Below are positions 41,375 through 54,242 of a stretch of 64,000 nt of DNA, piece by piece. The position numbers were made by a program, and so were the translations under genes. The notes beneath the pieces are model-generated. The model made no database searches. It was not told the origin of the DNA and saw only the letters and a program-made list of their open reading frames with translations. The DNA is from Epiperipatus broadwayi (Eukaryota; Animalia; Onychophora): contig JAQFVV010000008.1 in NCBI GenBank assembly GCA_028023455.1, positions 15,500,001 to 15,564,000 on the forward strand, written 5' to 3'. The first letter of the stretch is position 1. Each line of letters opens with the position of its first letter.

Positions 41375-42616
41375 CTAGTATGTTGTGGGCCATAAGACAT
41401 TCTGTCAATATATTTCATTTTCAATCTCTTCTTATTACTCCTAACATATATCTCTCCATACTTTGTTAAATGATCTGAATTTTCTGTATTGCTCTTCTGT
41501 TAAGTATTTAAGTCTCAGATCCATAAGTAACAACTGATAAAATACATCTATTAAAAACATTTCTTTTCAAATACATAAGCATATTTTTTTTTAATATTAA
41601 GTTCTTTTTACCAAAAGCACTGTAATCAAGTTTAATTCTATGATTAATTTTGTTCATATTTTTCCATTTGTATTAATTATCTGATAAAGATATTTGTAAT
41701 TTTTTAACTTTTAATTAACGATGATTATCAATCATTATTCTTTTCTTTTGAGAAAATTCATTAAATATTACTTTAGATTTCTTAGTATTTATCTTTAATC
41801 CTATTTTCTTACTTTCATCTAATAAATCACACAAATTTTTTTGAAGCTTTGAAGCATTATTTGCATTTGCAAAAAAAAATCATATTATACACACAACCTA
41901 GATAACTTAAATAATTTATGTTTATATTTACTCTCTTCGCTTCCTATTTTAATTCACAAATTATTTCTTGTAAAACTGCTGTAAAAAGTTTTTGAGATAT
42001 AAAATCACACTGTACAATATTTTTCTCAATAGTAATCTTCTTTGTATTGTCATATAATCTAATCATTGCTATTGCATTTTGATAATAAAAAAAAAAGTAA
42101 ATAGGACTACATCTTGGATTATTAAATTGATGATTCCATGCTTTATGAACCATAGAAATGTTTACTGAATCAAATACCTTTTTATAATAAATCCAAACCA
42201 TAATGGAAATTTATATTCATTTGTCCTTTCTATAACTTCTCTCAATACTTGGATATGATCCACTGGGTTAAAACCACTTTTAAATCCAGTTTGTCTTTTG
42301 GTTGATTAAAATCCAAAGTTTGCAATAGATGAGTTGTAATTATTTTAGTAAAAATTTTATATTATGCTAATACAAGATTGATAAGACTAATTTCTAATAC
42401 CTTTTTTATTACCTTTCTTAAATATCAATATTATTATCATATTCTTCCAATCATCTAGAACATCTTTATCATTTTGAAATTTGCTATATAATTGCCAACA
42501 ACTTTTGCTATTTCTTTTTTCAGCTGTTTTTTTAAGATATTAATAATAATTCCATCATTTCTTGGAGTTGTTCTTTTTTTCATAGATTTAATTTCATGTC
42601 ACTTCTATGTTGAAAA
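41375..42616 (-). mobile_element. RTE-1 LINE, 3' part (RT and C-terminus)
   Basis: IKSMKKRTTPRNDGI, GFKSGFNPVDHIQVLREVIERTNEYKFPLW, YKKVFDSVN, VQCDFISQKLFTAVL, ERYMLGV. Confidence 0.85.
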
Positions 42617-45158
42617 CAAACTTGTCCAACCTAAATGTCTTTATAGCCCACTGTTATCACAAGTTACTTTTTCGTGGCCCATATAATATTGAATCTACTT
42701 TTGCAGGCATAGTAAAGGAGAGTTTGGGGATCAATCCCAACTCTCAAAAGTCTAATGTGGGCATAAATTTTTGTAAAAAATATAAGATTTTTTATATATT
42801 TAGAAAATTTTAAGTGAAGCAATCCCAAGAGAAAATTCTATGTCAAAGCCTACATCCCTATGTGCTTTTAAAAAATATCATACAACTAATTATTGCATAG
42901 AGTTATTATTTATTTATTCTTAATGCATATAAACAAATACAAAAACGAATAAAACTAAATGTGTATTTTTCCTTTGTCTGACTTAATTTTTTATAATCTA
43001 TTTCTATGTTTATTGTTGCACGTCTTAGACAATTTTGTGGATTTTCATTGATTAATGATTTTTATTTTTTGAAAATTTCATTTTTGAAAAAAATATTTCA
43101 CAAATATAAATGAATCAAAAAATACTTGCAATTCTTTGTGCAAAATTTCTTAAATTGAGATATTCTTCAGATATAATGTGCGTATTATAAAAATTTATTT
43201 TTGATGTTTCAAAAATGTGTTTTTATTCAGCATTGCACTGTAAGTTTATTATATTCAATTTGCAAGTTTTTAGGAATCGTTTGCACATTAACATCAAATG
43301 GGAAAAAAATATATTGCAAATATTTTGGCATACTTTGTTATATCTGAGAAACAACTTTTAAATGCAGATAATAGCCTTTTTATTTCATTGCATATTTTGA
43401 GAAATTCTTATCTTTACTGAAGTTATATAACAGATGGAAGTGTATAGTATTATTATTTCTAAATTGATGAAATTTCAAATAGTAATAATTTCTTGTGAAA
43501 TGCATTTATACAATTGCAAACAGGACTTATTATATTAACTCTCCCTTACAACTCTTTATTGAGTTGATTAAATTTTTCCATGACAATCAATCATCATTTC
43601 TTAATTCAGAAACCATTTTCTTTCTCAGTCATGAATATAACAACTTTTTTCTACAAGTCAAAAAATAGTTTCAGATATATTCCTTGACTTAACCACCTAA
43701 TATTGATAAAATATAGCAAGCATTATATTTTGAATCTAATTCATTAGGGAATTTTGTAAATAGCCGATGCTGAAGTGGATGTGACTGAGTAAAATTGACT
43801 GCTTTTATAACAACATTCATAATGTGATTCCATGGGTAATACTTATGCACATAAATTTTTCAGATGTATCAAACAGTGAATAGCAAATACATCACTGATT
43901 TTAATGATCTTCAATTCCATCTTATCCATGAGTAATGTTACAGTTCTTTTATTTTTTCGATCATCTGTTGTTTAACCTAAAAATACTTCAAAATTCAAGT
44001 TATTTTTGCAAAGACAATTTTTAAATGACTGGAAAATATTTTCCCCTCCAACAGTATCTTTCAAGATTAAAAAATTTAACATTTCTTCACCATGAACAAA
44101 TACAAATGGAACTATGACAGAAATGTTTGTGTTCTCATCAAGCGCCATAGCATAAGCTTTGAAATTCTGTATTCAATTTCATAAACAGTTCAATTTCAAC
44201 TGCAACATCATTAATTTGGTGACATGCAGTTTGGCATAATAAACTGATGCTTGAAAATATATTTCTCCTTTTTGACAAAAAATCTTTTGTGACTGCTTCT
44301 AAATACTGTTTAACTAGTTCATCATCTGAAAATGATTTAATTTTTTTTTTTGCATGCAAGGCAACTGAATAGCTTTCTTTCATAATACTGAATGGTTGTT
44401 ATGCACTGAATGCCATTTGTTTTAGCTTTTAGCTGCAATTTAAACATAGCTAGTTTAAATTTTCTCACTTCTTTACTGAAATTTGTTTTCAGCATATACT
44501 GTTTGATGTCCTTTCATACTGTATTCCTTGAATATACCCAGTATATCTATGTAAATTAAACACATCAATGTAGAGTTCTGAAATATTAAGAAATAATCTT
44601 CCCAATGATTGTTGTATTGGTAGTTTCATCTTTCATTTTCTTTTCTTTGAACTCATTTTGAAAGACTTAAATAATTCATTTATGAATATAAATATTTATA
44701 GATATAAATTGAAATAATTATATTTGATTGTATAAATTTTACTGTGTAAATTGGGTTCATTAAAATTAATAATGAGTCTGTGGAAACTTATTTCTGAAAA
44801 CATTTACAACAATTTTCATGAATCAGATATTTATGTTCTGTTCATCAAATTTTATTTTACTTTTATTGTTTTATTTTATTATTATTCAGATAAATTTCAC
44901 AATTATTTTTCAAAATAAATATCACATTCACTCACTATTACATTTAATATACAAAACACAATTTTATATATTCGTTATTATTCTCTGCATTAAACAATAT
45001 GCTCATCAATGTTCATGAAACAATTAATAGCTGATATAGCATTATACATTCCAATGTTAATGGATGCACACCTTATGGTCAGTCATGATCGTCTAATGGA
45101 ATATGATGATACAATTATATTTTAAAATTTACTATTTAATCTATAAAATCAATTTTAT

Positions 45159-45711
45159 AGATATTTTAAGTGCTAGCTCTGGCTAAGCATTTATCACAAA
45201 GCTTGTAGAGGAATTGGCAATCCTCATTGTTTATAACTTACAAACTTAAGAGATAGGGTCATATGATCTATGACTCTTATTTTGACTATTTATAGTCTCT
45301 GCCGTAAGTCTTATGCAATTTTATATTGCTAAGACTACTAATATATGGTATGGCTGAAGATCTATCAGCCCCATATAGCTATTTGAGTTGGATAGCTGGG
45401 TTTGAAGACATGTAGATGTCTGAAAATTTCAGATTTTCTACTCAATAGATAATTTTTAGATAAGTTCTTGCCTTTGGGTTGGTATTTTTAGATCTAGTGT
45501 CTGAACCTACCCTGACACTTCTCTGAGGAGTGCCAAAGCACGAAACCATGGTCAGAGGTTTGGGGAGGGGTTCCTGACAGAGATATTTTAAGTGCTGGCT
45601 CTGGCTAAGCATTTATCACAAAGCTTGTAGAGGAATTGGCAATCCTCATTGTTTATAACTTACAAGCTTAAGAGATAGAGTCATGTGATCTATGACTCTT
45701 ATTTTGACTAT
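45159..45711 (+). mobile_element. Retrozyme-like element: 422-bp unit plus 131-bp terminal direct repeat with an intact hammerhead
   Basis: 45159-45289 and 45581-45711 differ at 4 of 131 positions. No ORF, many hairpins, canonical HHR at 45503-45573. Confidence 0.8.
45503..45573 (+). ncRNA. Type I hammerhead ribozyme, canonical core, predicted cleavage after GUC at 45553
   Basis: Stem I cttct/agagg; core CTGAGGA (45523-29); stem II gtgc-caaa-gcac; GAAA (45542-45); stem III palindrome ccatgg; T-C cleavage site; extended stem I gaacc/ggttc and ccc/ggg across a tgaca/tttg internal loop. Confidence 0.92.
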
Positions 45712-45899
45712 AAATATAATTCTCTTTTTAAAAATAAATAAATATATAATTAATTTAAAAATGGTCATTAACAACAAGAATTACAAAAAAATAAATAAAT
45801 TAAATGAAGAAATTTATTTTGATAAATAGACATCTGGCAGGCTGCAAAATTTAACATGCCGGGTCACATGCGGCCTGTCGGTTGCTGAGACCAAGTTTA

Positions 45900-47060
45900 A
45901 AATGTTTAGCAATTCAGAGGATATAATAACCATAAGGGATATTTCATTTTATTGCCTTTTATTACTATATAACCATAGAAATCTTTCACATACTTCATGG
46001 TGGTTTTTCTCTTCTTAGTAATAGTTCTACTTAGCTTCTTGTTGCAAAAATAACTTTTTTTCCAATACCAAAATGTTGTTTTACATTTATTTTACTTCTA
46101 TTCTCTTTAATAGTTTTCCTTGTCAATTCACAATTATATTCCTTATATCATTATTAACTTTTTTTCATACCATTTCACAAAATTCTAGATATTCAATTTT
46201 TCTCAAAAGATGATTTTTAAAAATTTTCAATACCATTTCTTTTCTTCATCTCAGTGAAAAATTACTAGTAAATTGCTATTCTTTTTTTTTTTTATCAGCT
46301 ATAATTTCTTGCAATTCTTAATAGTGTATCAGTTATCTTATTAATTTCATTCATATCTGAATCATCTTCAAAATCTGTTAATATTTTTAAATGATTATCT
46401 TGAAATAGGTACTTTATTTTAATCAAAATATACTTCAATTCTGCTATATCATCATTTGAATACTTCTGTCCATTTATTATTTTTCTAAAACAAAGAATTT
46501 ATAATAAACAGTTTGCCTTTTTCTGGAACTGTACAAGTCTGTTATCTCCCTCATTTCTATCACCATAATCAAATTTATCCACAGCATTTTCATCTTTCAA
46601 TTGTTTACCAGTTATATATTAAAATCTTCCATCATAATTTTAAAATATTGCTTAGTTTGATAAAAAAGAGTTTTGCACATGCGTTTTGCACATCCATATA
46701 ATAGTCATCTATTTTTCCATCATAATGAAAATTTGTTACAGTATAAAACTGAATTATCTACATTCAGTGATATATATATATCCATTAAGTTGAATAACTA
46801 ATCTTGCCACTCTATTTGATATACCATTAATCTCAACAATATTGTTCTTCCATTTTTTTTTTTATCTACGATGAATGTTATTTCTCCTGTGCTTCCAATC
46901 TTTGTGTCTTGTAGTAAAATGTATGATTACTTTTTTAAGCAATTGTTTCTTCATCTTTTTTTCTAACTTCACAAAATCTAACAATAAAATTCATTTAATA
47001 TTAGTCAGGCTTTCTTCCAATTTGTGCAATATTCCTTCACTTAAAAATATTTTTCAGTTG
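45900..47060 (-). mobile_element. RTE LINE, 5' part (APE endonuclease and linker)
   Basis: LEESLTNIK...CEVRKKDEE...KSNHTFYY...KKWKNNIVEINGISNRVARLVIQLN; linker DMNEINKITDTLLRIA...VKDFY. Collinear with 41375-42616 across the hAT insertion. Confidence 0.8.
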
Positions 47061-50000
47061 TAGATAGCTAAATAAAAGGTCATTATCGAATGGTAGCCTG
47101 AGTCTGCAATCAGAGAATTCTTAGCTTCCTTCTTTAGCTGACAACTGTTGCATTGGCTGATCTTTACAGTCTATTGAGAATAAGGACCATAGGTTAGTTT
47201 TGTTTCTCATAATTGTAAAGATTTCTAAAAAAAAGTTTATTCATACACATATTCATTCTGTCTTTTAAAAAGTTCAACTAATATTTCAATTAAAAGTTAT
47301 CAGATAACAAAGAAGAAAGACCACGGAGTGTCTTGTTTTTAAACTGAAATAAAAAGCCTAATAAATTCACCATTCTGGCTGATGTGTGTTAATGAACAGC
47401 TTATGTTCATTTACTATATGAATAATTAGTAATAACAGTTGCTATGACAAAAACTTATGGAGTGAGCATAAGGAATTTGCCCTGATCTTGTTCCTTTAAG
47501 GCCTCAACTAAAGATCTCTTTTCAGTTATTACCACACTCCTTTCAGTCTGAAATAATGGAACTTATTAGTGTGACTTGAAGAAAAACAATAATAAACTTG
47601 GAAAATGTTTCAGCCTATTGTGAATTGAGAATAGTTAAAAATGATGATATTAGTTACAACAATATGTGTGTGTATTATTCATAGCATAAAACTAAAATTT
47701 CATAGGTATACATATTGTAACGGTACCAATGGGATAAGGGTGTGGATGATGCCCGAAGAATAGACTCTATTAAATGCAATTCAATTTCAATGAAAGATTT
47801 TGATATTCTGATTCCTTAAGTCCCTAATCTATACCACTACAAATTGAAGATAAATGTGAAATAATATGAATGCTACCTCTAGTGCATATGATAAGATTTT
47901 TAACATAATAGTTTGGCCTTTATTTGGACTGAAATATATGTATAGAGAGTATTGTTATTTGAATTATACATCAACATATAATTGTTTATTTATATCCCTT
48001 AATTAGCTTAAGTAAGTAAAATTTATAACTTTAATTTAATAATGATAATAATAATAATTTATTTACATCAAATACTCATAAATGAACTTGATAAAACATT
48101 AGTGAATAAAACTGATATACGATACTTATCTAGTGGGTATAACTCATTATGATGTTAAACGATAGACATAAGTTGAGAATCAGAGGAAAATCTGTGTTTA
48201 CTTTCATTTGTTAAATATCCAAAATTTACAAAGACTTAGACCTTATTCAGAGTTGAAATTATGATGATATGAAACCTAAACAAGTTATTTTAAATATAAA
48301 ATTGATTAATAATAATTTTAACTAATTATCATGATTTTCTTTTGATTGTATGTACATCTAAAACATTTCATAACTAAACACAAATATATTAGATAATAAA
48401 TAAATAAATAATAGAACTTGAAATGGAATTAAAAGTTGATAAAATACACCTGCCCATATATGCATGAACATTTTAAAATCCAAAGCATAGTGTATTATCC
48501 TAGATTCAGTAAGATTAAAATCCATATACTATTCAGGATTCATTTCTAAAAAATCACTATATAATTTTGTTCATCAGTATTTATTGTTTTAATCCTATTT
48601 AGCTATTTTTCATAATTCAGTGTTCTATCCCTTAACTTTCTTAGCAACATATATATATAAGATATTGGGAACTAGCAAATATTTATTCTGAGATATTTGA
48701 CCAATTTTCTCATTATATGTTATTCCTGGATTAATAGTAATAATATGTTTCTCTATAGTGTAACAGAATCCTTAGGTATTGCGATGTGTATAAACATTAC
48801 ACAAATTTATTGACAGATTTTGGTGACATAAATAAAATGATGCTATTATATGTATATCCGCCAAGTATAGTAATAAGCATTTGAGAAATTAAAACTTGAT
48901 TTTTCTATGACACAAAATATATCCAATTTCATCACTAATGTTGTTTAGGTTTCCTTGACAGTTTTATCATCATTATACATGGGGTTTTGTATTCTATCTC
49001 TGATAAATGTACATGCATATATATATATATTCCAATTTAATTGTATGAATTTGTAATTCCCATTCTATAGAAGCAAATAGATCTTTTTAGAGTATTAATC
49101 ACATTTAGATTGTTACTAAGTCCTAATTCGAATTTAAACTTGCCCTTTGAAGCAACATTATCTTTCTTTTTTTTAACTATTCATTTTAGATTTCTCTTTA
49201 ATATATAAATTTTTTGAGTAAGTACATCTTTCCATTGTTCTTTATATTACAAAAAACTTTATCATTGCAAAATTTTCTTTTGAAATAGGCAATGTTTATA
49301 TATAAAAACTTATAAACTTATTTCTTTTAAAATTGAGGAATGTTTTGAAAATGGAATATTAAATAAATAGCCTATGTTCATATGAGATGCTATAAATCAT
49401 ACTAAATGATTACTATTTTCCACATTTATATTTAGAACTATCAAAGAAAAATATATTGTCACTATATGGCAGGATGGAGATTAGGAGACATTGATTAGGC
49501 ACTTCAATAGTTAAAATTACTTATAAAATTTTTTTATAGCATATATACTTAGGATGAGGTGGTAGTACATGCCATAATGGCACAATATATTGTGTCAGGA
49601 ACCTGTCATTCACTCTCTCTAGACATTCTACCTTATAACTTTACACCACCAATTCCAGATCTATATAGGTGATATAAATTTCTAAACAGTTAAAATTATC
49701 AATTAACTTGTTAGTTAAATTTATTACTAGAGACCTCACATGTAGAGAACACAAATCAACTTAATGACACATGCACATAAGGAATTATTTCAAGACCATT
49801 AAAAGAAAGACCCACTGAGCATAAAAATTTGTATTATTAACAATGGGATCAAACTAATAATCATTAGTTATATTTCCTAATCACCGTTTGTTATCAATCC
49901 CTATAAGGATCAGCAAAATTTGCAATTAATAAAGTATTTTTATAAAGCCCAAATCACGGAACACTATATACACCACTTTCTCCATATCAGAGAAGAATAC

Positions 50001-51852
50001 TTTAACAGAGTTCTTATAAAAACATCCACCTTCAATTCCTTTCGCATATCCCAGGTTCAAGCTTAGTAATACTTTTAAACTCTCAAAGTGAGTGGTATAT
50101 AAAATAAAAAATAAACATAAAATTTATAATTTACATTTACTGTGAAGTAAGATGAGCAGATAAACTAAACACCAAATGCTGACTCAACTTACTAACTAAT
50201 TTATATTAAATAAATAAATAAAATCTATAACCACAGTTTAACACAATATAACATATTAGAAAAATACAATACTAATTAAGATATAAGTAAAACCCCTCTT
50301 ACTTTGAGTTACATATAGAGATATGGTTATATACATATATATATACACATGTATTATCAAAAAATTAATAAATAATTATAAGAACATTGACTTTTAAAAG
50401 GTTAAATCTTACTATGCAAGATAAAATAATTAACATTACATTTATGCTTCATATGTATATGTAATTAATTATCAATTGCCTTTACAATAAATAAATAAAA
50501 ATTAAGCTCATAAATTTGGTAGGATTAACATAAAATTATATTATTCCTCACACACAAGCATACACATGTATACATATCACTTACTTCATAACCTGTTAAA
50601 ATATAAAAAAATATAAACAATGTCCTATATTAGATGGGTACAAACTATAATAAAAACATTGAAAAAAATTTACTTTGCAGGAGTGTATGGTTTTCTTTTT
50701 CTAATCATACAATACATCTGATTTAATAAAATAAAGCAATATCTGGAGCTAAGTTCTCTTCAATGGAAAAAAAAAGTTTTAATCTGTTATGAGACTTCTT
50801 TCTTTCCTTCTGTTCTTTAAAAAAAATTGATGCATTTCAAACATTCCAGCATACTCTTCATGCATAAAACTATAAAACAGAAGGCACAGGGATGTAGATT
50901 TATTTTACAAGGTGATTTTTTCCAATAGGCAGCCATTTGCATACAGAACAATGATAAACAGGCTTACATGAAGAAAAAAGAACCAGTGAATTATAAGGAG
51001 CTCTATTTCATGCATTTGGCTTTCTTTAATACTTTGATGAAACAGTATTTTTGCAAGGCAAGAATTCATAATACACTCAGTAATGATGTTTATTTCCTGC
51101 AAGCAATTTATAGCATTCCGTATTGATATATGGTTGTGCAATTTTCACCAGCTTTAAAGAGGTCAGGACAGAGCTTCAATTAACTTTTTCTATCAAAGTA
51201 TTTCTTTTCCCAATCAATACAGCATTGTTTTCTCTCTGCTACAATCTAAGAACAAATCTCTAATCTTCTGACTTTAATTTAAAATATAATTTTTAGCAAT
51301 ACACATAAGAAATTTGCTGTCAATCTGTTTTTTATCACCATTTTTTTTTCTAATTAAATCCCCAAATGAATCTTTTAATTAATTAATAAATAAGATAATG
51401 TGTTTACAAATTAGAAGTATATATTTTTTGAATATCTAACTTTGATAAGAGAACAAACAAAATTCTTTTCTTTTTTACAAAAAAAAAATCTGTGATAATT
51501 AATTGCACTTTTATCAGATAATAAAACTTTTTGATAGATAAAACAAAATAAACTATACAGATTGTTCTTTGGGTTACAAAAAAAAAAATAAGAAGAAGAA
51601 GAATAAAATATTTGTACACATAAAATAAAATAACACATTTATATTAAGATATAATTTAAATATTTTAACATATTTATATTTATAAAGCTAGTTAATACTT
51701 ACTTGTGATGGTGTTTGATCATTTTCATTCCATCACAACATATACATTAAAATAACATTTACTTATATATACAATTTTAACAATATGTTTGCAACACAGA
51801 GATCACATAAATAACCTTATTAATAAAAAATTTTAAATAGAAATAATCTTAC

Positions 51853-52014
51853 CATCTTTGTTACAAAATTTTATTAAAGCTACTGTTGATTCCTTTCTTA
51901 CAAAAAGAGAAATAGCTCCAAAAAATTTTTCAAAATATCTTTTTATATCATCATCTTTCATTTTTGATTTTAAACTACTGACTTTTATAATTCTATCATC
52001 AAAGTCTATGTCAC
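51853..52014 (-). CDS. Exon of minus-strand RRM-like protein gene (phase 1-1; RRM1)
   Basis: poly-T-cag acceptor, GATG|gtaaga donor, 162 bp; DIDFDDRIIKVSSLKSKMKDDDIKRYFEKFFGAISLFVRKESTVALIKFCNKD. Confidence 0.85.
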
Positions 52015-52066
52015 CTGAAAAAAAAAAAAAATAGTCGAGTTTATTTTATTTTTGAAAATTGTTTTT

Positions 52067-52306
52067 ATGGTAATCATCTGAAATCCGGGCATGGCCGCCT
52101 GATGGCATTGTTTACATGTCAAAACACATAAAAATGAATATAAAAATTTGTTTAATAAAAAAGAAATCATGTTATAAATGAAATAAAGTTTGTTTAATCA
52201 AAAAAAAAAAACATGTTCTATAAAAAAAAAGTTGCGGTGGCCCGGTAACGTTACATCTGATTGATTTTTGTATAGCATCAATGCCCAGATTTCAGATGAT
52301 TACCGT
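52067..52306. mobile_element. MITE with 26-bp TIRs
   Basis: atggtaatcatctgaaatccgggcat (52067-52092) vs atgcccagatttcagatgattaccgt (52281-52306), 24/26 complementary; CpG-rich interior; T-runs on both flanks. Confidence 0.8.
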
Positions 52307-52834
52307 TTTTATTATTATTAATACTTATGAAATTAAATTTAATTGAATATATAAAAATACAAAATTAAAAGTATGGATATAGAAAGCTGATTTTTTTAAC
52401 AATTGCAATTTTTGATTGGTTGTTCCTGGATCTACTTTTGATAGATAAATTGATGTCAACAAAAAATAATTGCTGCTACAAGAATATATATATATATTCC
52501 CTACTGAATAACTTCCTGTTTATTTTCCCTTGTGGAGAGGAAACAATTTATTTGCTGAACCACACACTTTTTTATACTTTTGGTTTGGGAGTTTGGAAGT
52601 TAAATTTGTCCTGCTAGATTTTATTTCAGTTTTAGTTTTCTTTTTTGTAGAGATTTCTTTCCATTGATTTATAATTGTCAGCTCATAATATACAAATGAA
52701 AACTATCTAGCCATAATATCTTCTAAATTAAAAATAATTGTAATTATTTACGGGAGTAAATCTTATTAATTTATATTTATAATTCTTATTTAAATTTATA
52801 TATATGTTGAAACGAAGATTTTCACGGGTTGCAC

Positions 52835-53073
52835 ATATAAAAGACATATTTTGCGGGTTCATCCGTGTTAAAAATTTTAAATATTGATATTCTGACGTTT
52901 TGACTTGGTCATACAAGTCATCCACTGGGTGATAAAAGGTAGAAAGGCGGTTATAGAGGCGCTACTGATTTGAATAAACGTTAAAATTCCTCCAATAACA
53001 AAAATGTCGAAACGTTGGAATATCAATATTTAAAATTTTTAACACGGATGAATCCGCAAAATGTCTTTTATAT
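52835..53073. repeat. Short inverted repeat (~57-bp arms) with a hammerhead-like remnant (PLE pLTR-like)
   Basis: 52835-52892 is the approximate reverse complement of 53018-53073. Minus strand gga-t-gacttg-tatgac-caagtc-aaaa-cgtc and plus strand gtcGAAACGTT precede the arms. Confidence 0.65.
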
Positions 53074-54116
53074 ATATATATCACCATAATACAATGATAG
53101 TCTTTAATAATTTGATCATATATATTAAGTTTTTTTTCAATATATATCATAACATTTTTATTTTATTAATATTAGTTGTTAAAACTGATTCATGTAAATA
53201 AGTAGAAAATTGGCACTTCTAATTATTTCTTTTGTACTAATAAAATAAAATGTTATATGTTTAACTAAAAGTTTAACTAGATTTTGATTTAAAGTTTATT
53301 TTTATACTCAAATACTATGATGAATCTAGAACTAGATTAAGCCAACTTATTTGGAAAAAATGAAGAAAAGAAAGATGCCATCAACAACATTTCTATCACT
53401 GATAATTACATTATTATTATACCATTTATTAATATCAATAATAAAAACACTCTACCTATAAAATCAATTCTGCCATTAATTAATTAAATAATAAAAATTC
53501 AATTAACACCCAAATCCCTAATCACATAACTAATAATTTAAAACATATTAAATACAAGCAATTCTGGGAAAGTTAATCATTTTAAAAACATGCAGTTACA
53601 ATTCTTTATCGAACATCATAAAAACATCAATCAGCTAATAGAAGAACAATTTAAATTCAGAGCACTTTATTTCTAAATATTTTTAAACCAGTTATTTTAA
53701 CTTCATTTGTTTTATATTATCAAATTTTTGATGTATTTTAATATTTTATTGCATTAAAAATGAAAGTGTCAATAAATTACGAAAAAAAAAAAACAGGCTA
53801 TGAAACATTATTATTTTTGTCATAATAATTTCACAATTTATTTACATTACAACTTTTTACACATATTTTTTCTGTAAATTATTTCATTCTTTCTTTTTTA
53901 TATCTCTTTCAAACCATTTGTTATAAAAATATTTTCAATAATTTATTTAAATTCAGAAGTATTTAAGCTTGCTAAAATTACTTTTATTATAAAATTTTTG
54001 CAATCAATCAGTAAATTATTTTTTCTCTAATTTTTGTAGATTATGTTAAATATCTACATACTGTAATCAACTATATACACAATTCTACTCTAGAATCATC
54101 TAAGAAAATATGGTAA

Positions 54117-54242
54117 TCAATGAACCTCCTAAACTGTATTATCTACAGATTAGTTTCTAGTTAGTGATTGGATCTATCTTCAATGAACCTCCTAAACTGT
54201 ACTATCTACAGATTAGTTTCTAGTTAATGATTGGAACTATCT
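54117..54242. repeat. 63-bp tandem duplication
   Basis: tcaatgaacctcctaaactgta... at 54117 and 54180. Confidence 0.9.

Larger units (their letters stand above)
42617..45899 (-). mobile_element. hAT DNA transposon (GTF2IRD2/Charlie-like), inserted into the RTE
   Basis: Transposase remnants at about 44660-43000 (KESYSVALHAKK.IKSFSDDELVKQ...ISL; AMALDE; GENIF). Left end caaacttgtccaacc at 42617 is Charlie/MER30-like; degenerate right end gcggcctgtcggttg...caagttt at ~45870-45899. Confidence 0.75.

Noticed and set aside
45352-45410. Second CTGAAGA inside the retrozyme-like unit
   Set aside because: It forms part of the ggctga/tcagcc hairpin and is not followed by a stem II and GAAA, so it is not a second hammerhead.
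49930-50100. Open minus-strand frame (GYAKGIEGGCFYKNSVKVFF...) as an extra host exon
   Set aside because: No convincing acceptor/donor pair, and the gene model is coherent without it.
54117-54242. Tandem repeats (also 39660-39789, 61896-62080) as CRISPR-like arrays
   Set aside because: Two or three units only, no unique equal-length spacers, no cas genes, eukaryotic context.
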